From the NCBI GenBank assembly GCA_963717145.1, contig OY970325.1:4192001-4256000 (forward strand): a stretch of DNA of 64,000 nucleotides, written 5' to 3'. This document shows positions 61,255 to 64,000 of the stretch, one piece after another. Numbering within the stretch: the stretch's first letter is position 1; each line of letters starts with the position of its first letter. The notes beneath the pieces are model-generated. The model saw only the letters and a list, made by a program, of their open reading frames with translations, was not told the DNA's origin and searched no databases. A program made the translations under genes and the position numbers. This DNA is from an uncultured Armatimonadetes bacterium (GTDB taxonomy: Bacteria > Armatimonadota > UBA5829 > DTJY01).

Positions 61255-64000
61255 CTACCCCTTGATGACCTCGCCGGCGCGGATCTTCTTCAGGTAGCGG
61301 CGGAGGTCGCGGGACTCCTTGATCGCGTCGGGGAGCGCGTCCATGACCTGGTTCAGCAGCCCGAAGAGATCGGGGCTTGCGCCATCCACGATCATGCGGT
61401 CCGGCATGAACACGGTCCCCGCGATCTTGCGCCTCATGAGCACGCATACGTCCGAGTCGAGCCGGATGCCGCCCGCGAATCGGACGATCACCTGACGATG
61501 CTCGGTCACGATCGAGCCCACGCCGACCTCGAAGGCCCGCAATCGCAGCCGGAGCAGATCGAGCGAGTTGCTCACAGGACTCGGCAGGTCGCCGAACCGG
61601 TCGCGCAGTTCCTCCTCGAGCTGATCCACGTCCTTCGGCTCGCGGACCGAGGTCATCTTCTTGTAGAAGGTCATGCGGACGCTCTCCGAGTCGATGTAGC
61701 TCGACGGGATGTGCGCGTCCATCGAGAGATCGGCGGGCGGAAGCTCGAACGTGTCCGGCTCCTCGCCCTTGACCTCACGGACCGCCTCCGCGAGCAGTTG
61801 ACAGTACATGTCGAATCCGACCGACGACATCTGCCCGTGCTGTTCCGCCCCGAGCAGGTTGCCCGCGCCCCGGATCTCGAGGTCGCGGATCGCGATCTTG
61901 AACCCCGAGCCGAGTTCCGAGAACTCCTTGATCGCCTGAAGTCGCTTCTCGGCGATGTCGGTCATCATACGGTTCGCCTTGAATAGCAGATACGCATACG
62001 CCTGCCGGTCCGAGCGGCCGACCCGTCCCCTGAGCTGATAGAGCTGTGCGAGCCCCATGCGGTCGGAGTCGTTGACGATGATCGTGTTGACGTTCGGGAT
62101 GTCGAGCCCGCTCTCGATGATCGTGGTGCAGACCAGGACGTCGAACTGGTGCTCGTAGAAGTCGAGCATCACCTGCTCCAGTTCGTCCTCCGACATCTGG
62201 CCGTGCCCGACCCTGATCCGCGCGTATGGCACGAGCTTCCGCAGGTGATCGGCGATGTGCTCGATGTTTTCGACACGGTTGTGGACGAAGTAGATCTGCC
62301 CGTCGCGGTCGAGTTCGCGCAGGATCGCGTCCCGGATCAGCTCGTCGTCTGACTCGCGGCAGTAAGTCTTGATCGGCATGCGTCCCTCAGGCGCGTTGTT
62401 GATCACGCTCATGTCACGGATGCCGGAGAGCGACATGTGGAGCGTGCGCGGAATCGGCGTGGCGGTCAGGGTTAGTACGTCGACCGTCCGCTTCATCTGC
62501 TTCAGCCGCTCCTTGTGGGTGACGCCGAACCGCTGCTCCTCATCGACGACCAGCAGCCCGAGGTCGCGGAACTCGATGTCCTTCGAGAGCAGCCGGTGCG
62601 TGCCGATGACGATATCCACTTCGCCGGTCTTCAGGCCATCGACCGTCTTCTTCTGCTCGGCCTTACTCCGGAACCGGCTGAGCATCGCGACGTTGACCGG
62701 ATACGCGGCAAGTCGCTCCGTAAATGTGTTGTAGTGCTGTTGCGCCAGGACCGTCGTCGGCGCGAGGATGGCCGCCTGCTTGCCGTCGTTCACGACCTTG
62801 AACACCGCGCGGATCGCCACCTCGGTCTTCCCGAAGCCGACATCGCCGCAGATCAGTCGGTCCATCGGCCTCGGCGCTTCGAGGTCCGACTTGACCTCCT
62901 CGATCGCCGTGAGCTGATCGGGCGTCTCATCGTATTGGAAGGCGGATTCCAGTTCCTGCTGCCAGGGGGTATCCGGGCTGAAACTGTATCCATCGAGCGC
63001 CTGACGAGCGGCGTAGAGCTGGATCAACTCATTTGCCATCTCCCGGACCGACGCCTTGACCCGCTTCGTCGTGCGAGCCCACTCCGTGCCGCCGAGCCGG
63101 TGGACCGTCGGCTGCTGGGCATCCGAGCCGATGTACTTCTGTATGCGGTCGATCTGGTCGGTCGGCACATAGAGCTTGTCGGTGCCGGCGTATTCGACGA
63201 GCAGGTAGTCACGCTCGCCGCCCGGTCCGGTGAGCTTCGTCATGCCCCGATAGCGTCCGATGCCGTGGTTGATGTGGACGACGTAGTCGCCCTCGTTCAG
63301 TTCGAGGAGCGACGAGATCGCGAGGCCTTTGCGGAAGGCCTTCCTCGGGCGGTGCATCCGGTTCTGGCCGAACATCTCGCCATCGCCTGCAACCATCAGG
63401 CCGGCCTCGGGGAGCTTGAACCCGGAGCGGATCGTGCCCTCGATGACGTAGATTCCGCCGGGGACAGGCGTACAACTCCTGCCCGAACCACCCGTTGTTG
63501 GGGCAGGAGTTGTACTCCTGCCCCCTTCCACTATCCCAGGAGTTGTACTCCTGCCCCCGAGGCTCTCGATCGGCGAGGTGCTCAGCCCGTGCTCGGTCAG
63601 CACCTCGACGACCCGGTGCGGCTGGCTCGATACCAGCACGACACGGCACCCGTTCGCCGTCCACGTCTTGATCTGGTCGATCAGCGCCTCGATCTGCCCG
63701 CCGAACGAGTCCATCGGCGCGGAGGGCAGCGGAATATGCCGGGCGATATCGATCCATTCGACCGACCTGTCGAGTAGCGACAGGAGGACGGTCCGCTGCC
63801 TGTGCTTCATCCTCTCGGTGAAGTGGCTGAAATCGACCGACAGCGAGACCGGCAGCGCGATCACATCACCGCGCGAGATTCGTGCGTGCAGGGCCTCGAG
63901 CAGTTCCTCATGAAGCTGATCCCAGTGCGACTTGATCTGGTGCGGCTCGTCGAGGATGACAACCGCGTCGGCGGGCAGGTAGTCGAGCAAGCAGTGCTCC
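61255..64000 (-). CDS. mfd: Transcription-repair coupling factor (5' end outside the window), with in-frame REP insertion
   Basis: VVHINHGIGRY (RID), GDVGFGKTEVA, DEEQRFG, QLRGRVGR, DLEIRGAGNLLG. Confidence 0.97.
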   Translation of the reverse strand, partial: EHCLLDYLPADAVVILDEPHQIKSHWDQLHEELLEALHARISRGDVIALPVSLSVDFSHFTERMKHRQRTVLLSLLDRSVEWIDIARHIPLPSAPMDSFGGQIEALIDQIKTWTANGCRVVLVSSQPHRVVEVLTEHGLSTSPIESLGGRSTTPGIVEGGRSTTPAPTTGGSGRSCTPVPGGIYVIEGTIRSGFKLPEAGLMVAGDGEMFGQNRMHRPRKAFRKGLAISSLLELNEGDYVVHINHGIGRYRGMTKLTGPGGERDYLLVEYAGTDKLYVPTDQIDRIQKYIGSDAQQPTVHRLGGTEWARTTKRVKASVREMANELIQLYAARQALDGYSFSPDTPWQQELESAFQYDETPDQLTAIEEVKSDLEAPRPMDRLICGDVGFGKTEVAIRAVFKVVNDGKQAAILAPTTVLAQQHYNTFTERLAAYPVNVAMLSRFRSKAEQKKTVDGLKTGEVDIVIGTHRLLSKDIEFRDLGLLVVDEEQRFGVTHKERLKQMKRTVDVLTLTATPIPRTLHMSLSGIRDMSVINNAPEGRMPIKTYCRESDDELIRDAILRELDRDGQIYFVHNRVENIEHIADHLRKLVPYARIRVGHGQMSEDELEQVMLDFYEHQFDVLVCTTIIESGLDIPNVNTIIVNDSDRMGLAQLYQLRGRVGRSDRQAYAYLLFKANRMMTDIAEKRLQAIKEFSELGSGFKIAIRDLEIRGAGNLLGAEQHGQMSSVGFDMYCQLLAEAVREVKGEEPDTFELPPADLSMDAHIPSSYIDSESVRMTFYKKMTSVREPKDVDQLEEELRDRFGDLPSPVSNSLDLLRLRLRAFEVGVGSIVTEHRQVIVRFAGGIRLDSDVCVLMRRKIAGTVFMPDRMIVDGASPDLFGLLNQVMDALPDAIKESRDLRRYLKKIRAGEVIKG

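Overview
GC-rich bacterial chromosomal window of about 53 genes. It most resembles Armatimonadota, which is an inference from protein styles and the diderm gene content, not a database result. Housekeeping genes: aroF, ychF, trxA, ugpC/msmX, ispA, folD-nusB-accC-accB-efp, mfd. Other blocks: a ~14 kb Wzx/Wzy polysaccharide locus headed by hicBA and lying between folD and ispA, an AbrB-led TolC-ABC-LolA-RND envelope operon, two ECF sigma systems and a RAYT transposase with cognate REPs. Most notable: (1) an ECF sigma gene followed by a protein fusing a zinc anti-sigma (HxxxCxxC) domain to a PilB/GspE ATPase core with a degenerate His box; (2) many palindromic and short-tandem repeat families that cap gene ends and have entered mfd and an HI0933 flavoprotein gene in frame; (3) two candidate structured RNAs; (4) a shared candidate ECF promoter. 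Seven genes carry small frameshifts, most likely sequencing errors. No rRNA, tRNA or CRISPR array was recognised.
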